A stretch of 63,199 nt of DNA, filler included, from Globobulimina sp. (lineage: Eukaryota): NCBI GenBank assembly GCA_003354225.1. It is 33 parts of 33 records of this genome, joined end to end, with 100 filler letters (N's around TTAATTAATTAA, not from the genome) between each part and the next. Parts side by side here need not be neighbours in the genome. Positions count along the whole stretch, not along the records: positions 11,515 to 13,333 come from PIVH01011575.1; positions 13,434 to 15,252 come from PIVH01011576.1; positions 15,353 to 17,171 come from PIVH01011577.1; positions 17,272 to 19,090 come from PIVH01011578.1; positions 19,191 to 21,009 come from PIVH01011579.1; positions 21,110 to 22,928 come from PIVH01011580.1; positions 23,029 to 24,847 come from PIVH01011581.1; 26 more parts are not named here. One strand, 5' to 3'. The notes under the pieces are model-generated. The model had not been told where the DNA came from and did not search any database. It saw nothing but the letters and a program-made list of their open reading frames with translations. The translations under genes were made by a program, and so were the position numbers. This document shows positions 13,036-24,947 of this stretch, piece by piece. Position 1 is the stretch's first letter, and every line of letters begins with the position of its first letter.

Positions 13036-13464
13036 GGAAACAACAAAAGTTTTTAAAAAAGGGGGGGCCACAAAAAAAACACGCCAACCAAATATTGCCG
13101 CCGTAATTCTATTTGATTTTATATATCGATATTCTTTCTTTTTTAGCATATTCTTGTTTGGCAATAATTGACGTGATATACAGCTGCGTATTCACCTCAA
13201 TTATTCTTTTTCTATTAAAACTTGCACAAATGAGCAAATAAAATTCATTTGTACCAATTTTTTTTGTGTGATTCATATTCTTTATTTTTTCTAATCTTTA
13301 ACAATATTTAATTTTTAAACATTGCTTTTCCAANNNNNNNNNNNNNNNNNNNNNNNNNNNNNNNNNNNNNNNNNNNNTTAATTAATTAANNNNNNNNNNN
13401 NNNNNNNNNNNNNNNNNNNNNNNNNNNNNNNNNCATTTTCATTCTCAATTCATTCATCTGACGA

Positions 13465-13534
13465 GTTCGCCTCAGGGATTGAACCTGAATCTTCTGGATC
13501 CATACATCCAGCGCTCTGCTTGAGCTATGCGATA
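13465..13534 (-). pseudogene. tRNA-like element (pseudo-tRNA or tRNA-derived SINE head)
   Basis: D arm GCTC/GAGC, anticodon stem CTGGA/TCCAG with 8-nt loop, T arm TCAGG-TTCAATC-CCTGA; acceptor stem only 4 of 7 paired. Confidence 0.65.
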
Positions 13535-13769
13535 ATCCATAGGCATCCAATCCATAAATTAACTATGCGAGCATGTTTTGCTGCACATAAATAAACGTAG
13601 CTCTACTAAATATAATATATATTACGATGAGACATGCATAGCGATTGGCGAGGTGTTCGACAGGATCATGGAAAAAAGCAAAAAGCGTTTTTGAACAGCA
13701 AAAAAAATCAGTACTTATCGGAGAGGCCTAATGAAACATTCTCAAAAAGTTTTTTTGTCAGTCATTTTA

Positions 13770-15174
13770 TCATTTTATAACAACTTGTAAATCATAAATC
13801 CAATCCATTGGTCCAAAATTTTGCATTTGTGCACTATCCGCTTTAATATTATCCTTATCCAATATCTCATTTCTTTGTCTCACAATATATATCCCATTGA
13901 ACACATTCTCGTTTTCTTCATCTTTTTTTAAATCCCATTCTTCCTCGTGAATAATCACAATAACCGGTGCTGTTTCTTCTTCTTTCTCTTCTTTCCCTTC
14001 TTCCTTTCCCTCCTTTTCTTCACCATATATAGGTACATCCACTCTGCCTTTCACTTTAATCCCGTTACTTACCCACGGTCCATATAACTGAATCGGTATC
14101 ATATCGCCATAGGAATAGAAAGACCTCGCTTGTGCGATACACCCCGTCTTCCTCAAATTGCACTCATATTCATTCTTGTCATCTGTTTTTAGCTCCACAT
14201 CTCTCCATTCTTTCATATCATTATTGCCCATATTCTCCAATATAACACTTCCTTTCTCCGCGTCAACACTCATATCCTCCATAGATTTATAGCAACACAA
14301 CTCTTTAAATCGCAAACGGACATTATCAAATTCGTACATATTCCAATCAAAACTATCATCCATAATTTCGTCGACATTTGTAATTTTAAGCTCATTTTGC
14401 AATAATAAAGTTTCATTTTGCTTGACAATTTCATAAATCATTGTAAAATCTGTTGCAAATTAAAATATATCAAATCGGATTTATGTCAGACAACCAATCA
14501 AAAAAAATAATACCTGGAATGGGTAAAGTTTGTGCCATATTATAAAGTGACATGAATGAATTTGGAATTTTACTTTTTAAAATATGTGCTAACTGCAACA
14601 TTAATGACCATTGTCCAATGTACGGGATAGCACTAAATCCGATCATTAGTTGATCATTATCGAAATTATTGAAGTCGTTATTGTTGGCATTGTATAATTG
14701 CATGAATGATTTGTATATTTTAGGAGTGTCTTGTAACCGAGTGGCCATTTCTATTTTCCATAATACTCGATTTACATCAAATGAATCATCAGCATCCAAT
14801 AAATTCCATGCCATACTCATGTCATTGTGATGAATTTCTTGAAATTTCACAAATTCATCGATGTCATCTGATGATAAAGTCAATGCACGATCTGTATGAT
14901 AATGCGTAATAAAAAAACATGAATTTAGGGCCAATTCTAAAGATATTGTGTTACTGTTTCTATTTGAATTCAATTCACGTATTTCCTGCATCAAATGTTC
15001 CATATGTTGTGGGTTGGGTGGTTGTGGTGATTTATTTTTCCTATCATTGTTATGTGTTTTTAATAGTTCAAGCAATTCAGTGTTGTCAATTCCCGATGAA
15101 AATAAAAAACGAGAGAGGTACAATGGATTATTAATATTGTACAAGGGACGCTGAAGTCTCTTTAAACATTGCAT
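13770..15174 (-). CDS. Hypothetical protein with probable mitochondrial presequence, 2 exons
   Basis: Arg/Leu-rich N-terminus MQCLKRLQRP...SRFLFSS; GT-AG intron near 14450-14513 links two ORFs. Confidence 0.6.
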
Positions 15175-16202
15175 CGTTTCGCAAATAACTTCAAAATATC
15201 CAATTTAACCAAAAACTCAGTGAAGTATCATGGGAATGATATGTTGCGGAGANNNNNNNNNNNNNNNNNNNNNNNNNNNNNNNNNNNNNNNNNNNNTTAA
15301 TTAATTAANNNNNNNNNNNNNNNNNNNNNNNNNNNNNNNNNNNNNNNNNNNNCTACCTAATCCGTGTAATTATGCAATACACGCAAAATATGTATGTTTA
15401 ACATCACGCAAAATATCGCAACCTAAAATGTAGCACAGTATAAATAGAAAGAGTTTAACTTATTATTATTATTATGACATTAACGTGCATTTGAAATGAT
15501 ATAAATACGGCTTTCTTATACCAATGCTTAACTTATGTGATATATATATTTTACCATTCAGTAATGTACCAGCTTACTAAAACTTTGCTATCAACATATG
15601 CAAAGTTTTAGAGATCGCAAATATCTATCCCATAAGTTAAGCATTGAAATTATGGTATACACAAAAGGCCACGAAACGAGCGATTATTTATGGAAGTTCA
15701 TATGATGTAAAGCTGGAAGTTGTTCAAAAATTGATTCTGGATTTGAGTGGTATATACAACACATCCAGAATTTCAACTAAAAAAACTTAAACAAATTCTT
15801 CTAAGTTGTAATGGCCTGCTGGACATGTTTTTGTAGCTGGATTTGTAAATTGAAAATATATATATATATTAACAATATTGATATTAATATTGACATTTAC
15901 CATAGCTTTGACCACAACAATTCTTTCTGCGCAACAAGCTGGAAATCATGCAGATTCTTCGTGCGGCACTCCATTAAAAGATTGTGATTGGAAAAGAGAT
16001 ATTTGTGACAATGACATAATGACATTTGTATCGCCATTTCGCTTGGATGTAAAAAATGCGCAATAATTCTATTAAGTTGTTTCTGTTCCTTTGTATTTGA
16101 AACCTGTCTCAAATATACTATTATTAAATAAAACTAATACTTTCCCTGGTTCGAAAGGATTACGTTTTAGTTTTACAGATTTTTAAAAGTACTCCGAACT
16201 TA

Positions 16203-16272
16203 AGTCGTCTAAATATAAATACGGCCGTAGAGCACGCCCTTACGCACCCCCCAGTCGTCTAAATATAAATAC
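16203..16272. repeat. Perfect 20-bp direct repeat AGTCGTCTAAATATAAATAC x2 around a 30-nt GC-rich spacer
   Basis: Copies at 16203-16222 and 16253-16272. Confidence 0.85.
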
Positions 16273-17055
16273 TTTCCTAATACAAAATTTTCTGAATCAA
16301 TGTAAGGATTCTAAAACCAAATCATTTCTAACCAATCTACAGGGAAAGTATTATAAAACAAACAGAGCTCAATAATAATTTTGATCTCATCCATGGATGT
16401 TTCCGTAAAAAAATTTTGTTTGAATTTCCAGGACATTGTAATCAGCGATGTGATGCGATATTTACAAAAGAATAAATATGAAATTGAAATTGGATTACTG
16501 GTTTTATATCTATCACAAACACCATTTGTATATAATAATAATGATGAGAATGAAAATAGTGAAATATAAATAATCCACAATTGCAACAATATATTAATAA
16601 TGACAATGATAATAAACAATAGACGGAGACTGATGATATACGGGATGATGAATCATATGATAACGAGGATAAATTATTATTATAAGGGAAGGATAAACGA
16701 GAAGAAGTGAATAAAATATTGTCAGATATCTGATGTACACAATGGAAAGTAACAAATAATTAAGTTTCTTGTCAAGAACCGCGAAAATAAGATTAAAGTG
16801 TCTAAATATTCATTGGTAATCGATTCATAACATAATATTTGACAATTTTTAACAATTTTTGTCGTATAAACCAAGAATACTAAAATAACAAGAATATGTA
16901 ACCAAGGTATGAGTACAGCACCTACAGAGCTCAGGTATTGTTGCTTATGCATATCTATGCATATTAGAAGAATTTAATCTAATTTGTCAGAAATGTCGCG
17001 CATAAAGAAACTCCATCGACAATAAAGGCGATTATGATGAAGACAAAAAAATGTA

Positions 17056-17171
17056 CAGTAGTGTTCCGGATAAGAGGTACGCATATTAGTACTAAAATAT
17101 ATATTTTATCTAATCATATATTTTGTAAATGGTGGAGCTGTCAAGGGCTAATATATATTTTAGTACTAATA
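17056..17171 (+). mobile_element. Tc1/mariner-type palindromic MITE copy 2 (runs off contig)
   Basis: TA|CAGT start; internal inverted repeat TATTAGTACTAAAATATATATT...AATATATATTTTAGTACTAATA; homologous to 9596-9690. Confidence 0.7.
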
Positions 17172-17271
17172 NNNNNNNNNNNNNNNNNNNNNNNNNNNNN
17201 NNNNNNNNNNNNNNNTTAATTAATTAANNNNNNNNNNNNNNNNNNNNNNNNNNNNNNNNNNNNNNNNNNNN

Positions 17272-18174
17272 ATTAAACGGGAGGGCGGCAAAGTAGTGGC
17301 TGTGTTGTCGCAGTCTGCGAAGCAAAGCAGTTTGGAGCAGAATGATAATGATATCGCGATGGTGGATAATAGCATGGATGAAGAGAGTAAGATGGATAAC
17401 AATATATCGCCAAATGTGGTGAATGCATTCCCCATCAATGGCAATGATGAGATGTCGATGGGACTGCAATTGCAAATGAATGAGGATGGAAATGGTGGAT
17501 TGCCGATGCAAATGAATGAGGAAAGGGATGGTGATATGGATGGAGAGGAAGAGGATGGGGACGGCGATATGGATGGAAACGGAGATATTGATATGATGGA
17601 TAATGGTGACATTGTGGCGGATATTGCCAATGTGATTGAGAGTATGCCGGTGGTGGATGGCGATGATAATGATAATGATGGCGGTGTTGGGCAAGTTGAG
17701 GTTGGTTTGGATGTGGGGATAGAGGAAGAAGAGGGGAATGATAATGATGTTACCGATACGGAGATAGTTGAGATGGACGTGAATGAGCAACGGGAAGAGG
17801 AACAGGAAGCAGCTGTGAATGGACAGTGTGTTAAGGAGAGTGAGGAGAATATGAATATTCCAACAATGCCGATGTTACAGACAGTTAATGACAATGAGAT
17901 GGAGAATGATGGGAAAGAAGCGGAGAATGGGAATTATGAAGAAACGCAATTATTGGACAGTAGTGATAATGCGGAGAGTGTGCGAGAGAATGTTAATGAT
18001 ATTGGGAATGATGGAATTGTGGCAAAAATTGTGAATGAGAACGAGAGCATGGATATGAATTATTTGTTGAATGAGAATGATGCGAATTTAAATGTAAATG
18101 GCGAGTCGGCTGAAACTGAACAGAATGAGGAGGATGATGTGGATACACCATTAGCGGATGAAATTGAGTTTTAA
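17272..18174 (+). CDS. C-terminus of an acidic low-complexity (D/E/N/M/G) protein
   Basis: Long open frame with strong codon bias ending ADEIEF*. Confidence 0.75.
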   Translation: MKREGGKVVAVLSQSAKQSSLEQNDNDIAMVDNSMDEESKMDNNISPNVVNAFPINGNDEMSMGLQLQMNEDGNGGLPMQMNEERDGDMDGEEEDGDGDMDGNGDIDMMDNGDIVADIANVIESMPVVDGDDNDNDGGVGQVEVGLDVGIEEEEGNDNDVTDTEIVEMDVNEQREEEQEAAVNGQCVKESEENMNIPTMPMLQTVNDNEMENDGKEAENGNYEETQLLDSSDNAESVRENVNDIGNDGIVAKIVNENESMDMNYLLNENDANLNVNGESAETEQNEEDDVDTPLADEIEF

Positions 18175-18297
18175 ATAAATGTTTTAAAGCACATTAAATG
18201 TATTGTAAAATTGATTTGGTATTTAATGTTTTTTTGTTATTTATACACACAAATTTTTCGCTTACTTTGAGATTCCTGCACAGTTTGCTTCAAATCG

Positions 18298-19090
18298 ATG
18301 TCTTCACAAAAGGCACAAAGCGTCAGTTTCATTTTATTCATTACCGAAATTGCATTATTATTAGCTCAAATTCCCGAAGATCAAATATGTAACACTGCGT
18401 ATGAATGCGTGGGTACTCACTGGACATTATCATCAGGTCAAAATATATATGGTCGAGGATACAAAAGTTTATCAACATCATCAACCTCCATCACAAGTAA
18501 TTATCCAAATACATGGATATCATGCGAGGGTTCATATTCATGTACAGGCATATTATTTATATTAAGCCAAGGGAACGTATATTGCCGTGGTAGTCATTCA
18601 TGTGAAAATGCAAATATTGACGCAAATAATTGGCTTATATGTTCCGGTGCGCATTCATGTTCACATTCAAATATCACATCAAAGGATGATACTGTTGTAA
18701 TTTTGCCAATATGTCATCACCAATTATTGACGCACATGGTTCATTTGCATTGTATGGATCAACCATTGACACTAATTTTATTGCCGGTAATATAGTAACA
18801 ATAACGTTATCTGGATACCAGTCAGGCTTTGGAGCAAAAATAATATGTAGATCTGGCGATATATGTCATATTTATTGTTATTTTAATGGCTGTCAAATGT
18901 TTTATGTAATTTGTGAAGATGGCAACAATTGTAATATCATATTAAATTCGAATGATCCAAGTATTACCACGCCGCCAATCCAAAATAAAAATGATTTTGA
19001 TGATAGTATTTATGATATTAAATATATTGATTATAAAATTGATTCGCTTTGCAATAATTCATCCAATATTTTTATATATGATAATTATCG
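18298..19090 (+). pseudogene. Secreted/surface Cys-rich CxGxxSC-repeat protein with an apparent frameshift
   Basis: Signal peptide; CEGSYSC, CRGSHSC, CSGAHSC repeats; same repeat style continues in another frame from about 18690 with no obvious intron. Confidence 0.55.
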
Positions 19091-19190
19091 NNNNNNNNNN
19101 NNNNNNNNNNNNNNNNNNNNNNNNNNNNNNNNNNTTAATTAATTAANNNNNNNNNNNNNNNNNNNNNNNNNNNNNNNNNNNNNNNNNNNN

Positions 19191-19933
19191 TCAATGTCCC
19201 GGAACAAGTTAGAGGCAATTTACACTTAACCTGATGAAGTTCACTCTTGTATTCAGAGGGAGATTGATGAGAGTCAGGCACGTACTAGTCAATGTGTTGC
19301 CAGCCAGAGTCCAATGGAAAGAGGATGGGCCTTGCGTGAGCAAAGTGCAAATGTACGATTTAGTTGGAATCAGGTATCATGGCTTGATGAGAAATTTGAA
19401 GAAGGCAGACTCACAAGATTGAAATATCAAGCTGGACAACTTGCAAAGACCATGCCACATGTGACAAACCCAGACCGTAAGTGTTATATGTCATTATATT
19501 GTTCTTGCATTAATTTTTATGGTTTAGAACCTACTGAACCACGGTTTCAGCCAGATGAATATTTGAAAGAAACCCAAATCATGAGTTACTTTTCAAGAAG
19601 AGCCAAACAAGATAGAAGTGGACCACCAGCACCAAAAAGGAAAAAAACTGGTATGTATTTCTTGGCATTTTTCTAGTTATTTTTGCTATCACTTTTTTGA
19701 TGGCTTGTTTTTGAGGTTGACATTTTGAGTATTTTTTGCCTTACTGTATAAATTTTGTTATAGGAATGGTGGCACCGATCCCTGAAGAAATGGATGAGCA
19801 ACTGAATGCCGAGGATCCTGATCCTTCGAATGGTTATGAATATGCAAGACGAGATGAGTATGTAACTGATCCTAACTATGACACGGTGGATGATGAAATT
19901 TTTGAACAGCGTGATGGATTTGATTTTGTGTAA
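19191..19933 (+). CDS. Hypothetical multi-exon protein, 3' end
   Basis: GT-AG introns 19477-19527 and 19651-19763 connect ORFs; PAPKRKK NLS-like motif and acidic tail. Confidence 0.5.
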
Positions 19934-21375
19934 TATTGTTGAAATGTCAGGATTTTATCTGTCTGAGTCAATCAGTAATTCTTGTGAACAATTATGAATG
20001 CATTATGCTAAGCTAAATTATCTTAGCTGATAAAAATTGAACATTTTAGTCGAACATCTCCAATAATATAACAGCGATTTATGCAGCACATGCATTAGAA
20101 CGCAATTATTTGCTGTTAGTTTTGTAAGTAATTTATGTATACCTCTCATAGAAATATTCCAGTTACTAATTCTGTCTCAAATGTCATGCTTTCAGTGAGA
20201 ATATTGGGGATGATTTTTGCTGAGAAAAAAGCCAATTTTTTGGTGGAAAACCAGGATTTCAGCAAATGTGCATAATTTACTATCCATTGCCACTACATAA
20301 GTGTATTAAAACTGATTTTTCAAACTATTTGGCACAAAAATGGTCAATTTTTCAAATAAAAAATATTATGGTGAAAAAACGTTGAAAATGATTTTTAAAT
20401 CGTGGTTTTCGCCATTTTTCAGGGGACTAGGGCAAAAACTGACCCGATATTCGTTTTCGGGATGAAAAAATACTCCATGTGGTAAATTTTTGAGACGTTT
20501 TTCGAAAAAAAAAATTTTTTTCTTACTTTCGGCCCCAAACTTCTGCACAGGATGTAATGGGAAACTGGGTTCAAAATATGCTTAAAAAACGTGGAATTTA
20601 TTAAAGATTACGTGGTAAAAAAAATCAGCACCATTTTCGAATTATTTTGTAACCAACGATTAATTTTCGTGATTTTCGATTTTTCGATTATTCCATAAAT
20701 CGGAATCGGAGCGATTTAAAAAATCGGTAAAAAAACGAAAATGTTCGTCTCCTTACGGCCAATCGATTGATACCACTCCGGTTTCCCAGTTCGTAATGGT
20801 TAAAAAGTTATACACCAAAGTATGTTTTGACCTACTCGATGTCATAATTCGGTCAGGTCTGAAAATTGAAAGTCAAAATTTTTTTTGGAGATACAACTCA
20901 TATAGGTCTACAACGTCAAGAAGTTACAATACTGTAGTCCTCTTAGGGAAAAAGTCGAAAATCCAACTTGCAACTTCTTGGGTCGATATTCTCGCGAACC
21001 CACTCTTAANNNNNNNNNNNNNNNNNNNNNNNNNNNNNNNNNNNNNNNNNNNNTTAATTAATTAANNNNNNNNNNNNNNNNNNNNNNNNNNNNNNNNNNN
21101 NNNNNNNNNAAACCTTGCCAATCACAAAAGAAGTGTTTAGAAGTGTCAACCTAAAAAGTCAAGTATGTTCCCGATGTTTTGATCGAATCACTCATAATTT
21201 TATTTTGTTTTGGAATATAATTTTGCATACTCTAAAATTTTGAACTAAAGTGGAAGTTATGACCATCTTCCGTGTGTGCAAGGATAATGTAACCTATTCA
21301 GATAATTGAATCAAATATATCGTTAAACTAATATATAACATTGTTGTTGATGCGTATTTTTAATTATGGATTCAC

Positions 21376-22441
21376 TCATAACATTGAGAGAAACTGTACA
21401 TTTGGTTTTGTTGCAATTGATGCAACAACAAACCCACAAACACAACCTATAAACCCACACAATGTAACAAACGTTAATAACACGATAAGCATTAAAACAA
21501 ATATTTCATCAGATTCTGCCATTTCTACATTTATTTCTCGCATAAAGGCATTCACATTTTGAGCGTTATTATCCTTCTCTAGATCTTGAATCTTATCTTC
21601 ATTCTCATTCTCATATTCATCATATAAACCGTCGAGATCATGTGCACCAAATAACGACTTCCAACCACGTTTAACAGCCTTCCAACCACTTTTAACCTTT
21701 TTTTTAAGAGCCTTTACTCCGTTTTTGCTATGTTGTTTAACTTTGCTCCAACCTCCTTTTATTACATCCATTGTGCTTTTACCATTGTATGGTATCAATT
21801 TATATGGATATTTCTGTACCATATTAAGAAACCAATCGATGGCCCTGCCATTACCATGTCCGATATCCGCTGATAAATACTTTAAACGCCGATTTATTAA
21901 ACTCCCTCTTGTATTTGTATTATAATTAGCTTTTTCATAAAACCATTTTACATTTTCTCCTAATTTCTTCTTTGTTTCTGTATATGATAAACATTTACAA
22001 TATTTCTCTTGTTCTTTATAATGAAAATGACAGCCCATCACATCAATCACTTTGTGTCCTATAATATAATATAAATACACGCGTATTTGCTGAGTAATGA
22101 ATTAACAAACCTACAGATTGCATAAATCGACATTTTGTTGTATATCTATTCCGTCCGTGACATCTCTCATCAACACAGTCTCTGAAAAGTTGATTGCATT
22201 CTTGAGCCGTTGTGCCACATATCTTGAAACATGCGTCGTGTTCCATGCAGCAAATATCCAAAACATCAGATGTAAATGACATGCCGGAGGCACCACAACC
22301 ATTATACACCAAAACTGGCTCATCATCCTTGAACCATAACGTTTTCCCTCTTGGACATTGCGGTATGCATTCATCTCCACGCACATAGACCTGATGTAAC
22401 TGAATCTGATACAGCAATAAACACAAAGAGTGAAATGTCAT
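21376..22441 (-). CDS. Group XII-like phospholipase A2 with C-terminal transmembrane anchor, 2 exons
   Basis: Signal peptide; YNGCG Ca-loop; CCMEHDACF His-Asp dyad; intron 22059-22110 restores V..MGC.....Q..YCKC; hydrophobic C-terminal helix. Confidence 0.8.
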
Positions 22442-23028
22442 GCTTTTAGTTTTTTGCGGAATTCAAGGACCTAACTACACATCATGCAATCTAAGATTAT
22501 TCTAAGATCTACAGACATAAAACTCTTTTTTTGCATTGAGCAATGGATCTTTGTTAGATTATTATCAATTATATGGTAAGAATTTTAAATAGTGTTAAAT
22601 ACAAATTACAAAAGTCAAATTAATTTTTGATTTGCTTTTTTAATAAAATTATCAATTTTAGTGTTTATATCTTTTTGAAGATTCATTCTATAATTTTCAA
22701 CAATTGGAAGTAATTGCGCTGCTATTTTGAGTTGAACTTTTTGAGACATCTTTGATGCGACTAAGAAATCTGTCAATTCCTTTGTATCTTCACATAATAA
22801 TAATTCATCAATATCTAAATTTTCCACATTTTTTAATGATTTGAACATTGAAATTTTGAACGACTCCTTAAAATTTTGTCTTTCGCAAATTTCTCTTTTT
22901 GGATTTTGATTTAATTTCAGATATTTCANNNNNNNNNNNNNNNNNNNNNNNNNNNNNNNNNNNNNNNNNNNNTTAATTAATTAANNNNNNNNNNNNNNNN
23001 NNNNNNNNNNNNNNNNNNNNNNNNNNNN

Positions 23029-23400
23029 AAAGTTAATTGGAGCAACGTTGAAATTCTTTTGTCCTGTTGGCTTTAGAACGCCATCCTTGTCCACTTGCAT
23101 GACATCTTGTGCTTTGACAAGATTGCCTTGCTGATCGACAAGGGTGCAGCGAAGATGAAGTTGGATTTCGCGGGGGTGAATGAATCCTTCGGACTGTTGC
23201 GGAACGGTAAAAGTAATTGGGTTTCCAGGAGACGCTTGTTCAACTGGATTCGGATAGTTCGGAGTAATGAATGCAGTATTGTAACCAAACGCAAATTTCT
23301 CAAAGTCAGCTTCAAATGAAAAATCGGTGTTGTTCAATATATCAATATCAAACGTTGGGCGTAGATCGGCATTGCATTTATGTGTGAAATTGTATGCCAT
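23029..23400 (-). CDS. Polinton/Maverick-type major capsid protein, N-terminal part
   Basis: GNPITFTVP....FIHPREIQLHLRCTLVDQQG...VAPINF parallels the Polinton MCP pattern GPIEF.IP....YIDL....L.V...I...DG...V.P.N. Confidence 0.65.
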
Positions 23401-23859
23401 TTCTTGTATTTCATATTCCCACAGTAATTTCTCTATATTTGCTCCACCTTTTTGTTGACATTAAATTGTATTTTGTTGTTTGTATTTTGTTGATGTATGA
23501 TCTGACTTTGAAGCTAGATGCAAATTAATTAACTTGGCTGCTCATCGATATCACCATTTGTTATTAGCGATCTCCATACATTATGTTGATCCAATATGAT
23601 ACCTTCAATACCATTCATTGTATCCGTTTGAGAATGAATTAAATTGACAAATCCTTTTGGTCAAATTTTAATTTTAATTTGTATATTTAATTGCATATTG
23701 AAAGAGATCAATAACTTATGATACAAACGATCAGAATGTGTGTAACATGAACACAGTGAGAATCCAACATTTATCAATTTAAAATTCGTTGTTAGGAAGG
23801 ATCATTACAGTGGCTTTGTGACTGATTGTCTTACTTAAATTTGAGCCACTCCTTCAATC

Positions 23860-24847
23860 ATGCTGACAACCCGTGCATTATCCCGTAGTGTAATAACGTC
23901 ATCATTGCGAACCACTCAATTTCATAAATTTACCAGTGATCCGCCACAAAAAGAAACTAAAATGGATTATCGAATGTTAGGTAAAACAGGATTAAAAGTG
24001 TCATTATTTTCATTTGGTTTCTTTGCAACATTTGGTGTAAAGGAAGGCATGCGCATTGACAGAGCCTTATCTATCTTGGAAATATGCCGCAAAAATGGAA
24101 TTAATTTCTATGATAATGCAGAAGTTTATGGTAAAAATCGTGGCGATGCTGAACGAATTATGGGTGATGCGATGTCAATGTTAAAGTCAAACAATTCTGA
24201 GGAATGGAGACGATCAAATATTGTAATCTCAAGCAAAGTATTTTGGGGCAACGATGGTCAAAATGAAAAAGGTTTATCGAGAAAGCATATAATTGAGGGC
24301 TTAAATGGATGTTTAGATCGCCTGCAAATGGATTATTTGGATGTCTTATTTTGTCATCGACCGGATCAGTTAACTCCGATGGAAGAAATTGTCGATACAA
24401 TGACCAGTTTGATACGTTATGATAAGAAAGCATTTTATTGGGGGACAAGTGAATGGTCGGCGGCGCAAATTATTGAAGCTTATTACGTTGCTAAATTGAA
24501 TAATTTGATACCTCCGTGTGTTGAACAGGTGAATTACGTATTGTTTATTTTATCGTTTAATTCGATGCGTTAATTACTGTATATATGTATGTGTATATTT
24601 TATAATATAGGTGCAATATAATATGTTAACACGAGATCGATTTGAGAAGGAATATAAAAAAGTATATTCAGAACCATATGGTATAGGTACAACAGTGTGG
24701 GGACCATTGAAAAGTGGTATATTAAGTGGTAAATATTTAGAGGGCGTGTCTGAGGATTCAAGAGCAAATCAATATGATTTCACAAAGTCTCAGCTTGGTA
24801 ATAACGAACAAAATGAAGTGCTTAGAAAGTTACAAAAATATGCAAAA
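23860..24847 (+). CDS. Aldo-keto reductase, Kv channel beta-subunit (AKR6)-like, 3'-partial
   Basis: MDYRMLGKTGLKVS, DNAEVYG, GLSRKHIIEG, FCHRPD, YWGTSEWSA; intron 24529-24610; mitochondrial-type presequence. Confidence 0.92.
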
Positions 24848-24947
24848 NNNNNNNNNNNNNNNNNNNNNNNNNNNNNNNNNNNNNNNNNNNNTTAATTAAT
24901 TAANNNNNNNNNNNNNNNNNNNNNNNNNNNNNNNNNNNNNNNNNNNN

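Noticed and set aside
16203-16272. CRISPR repeat-spacer-repeat
   Set aside because: Two 20-bp copies only, not palindromic, in a eukaryote-like contig
17220-17894. Ser/Ile/His-rich minus-strand ORFs
   Set aside because: Shadows of the acidic low-complexity plus-strand gene
20180-21009. Small ORFs in an A/T-tract-rich region
   Set aside because: Looks like non-coding repeat-derived DNA; no protein motif or definable element ends
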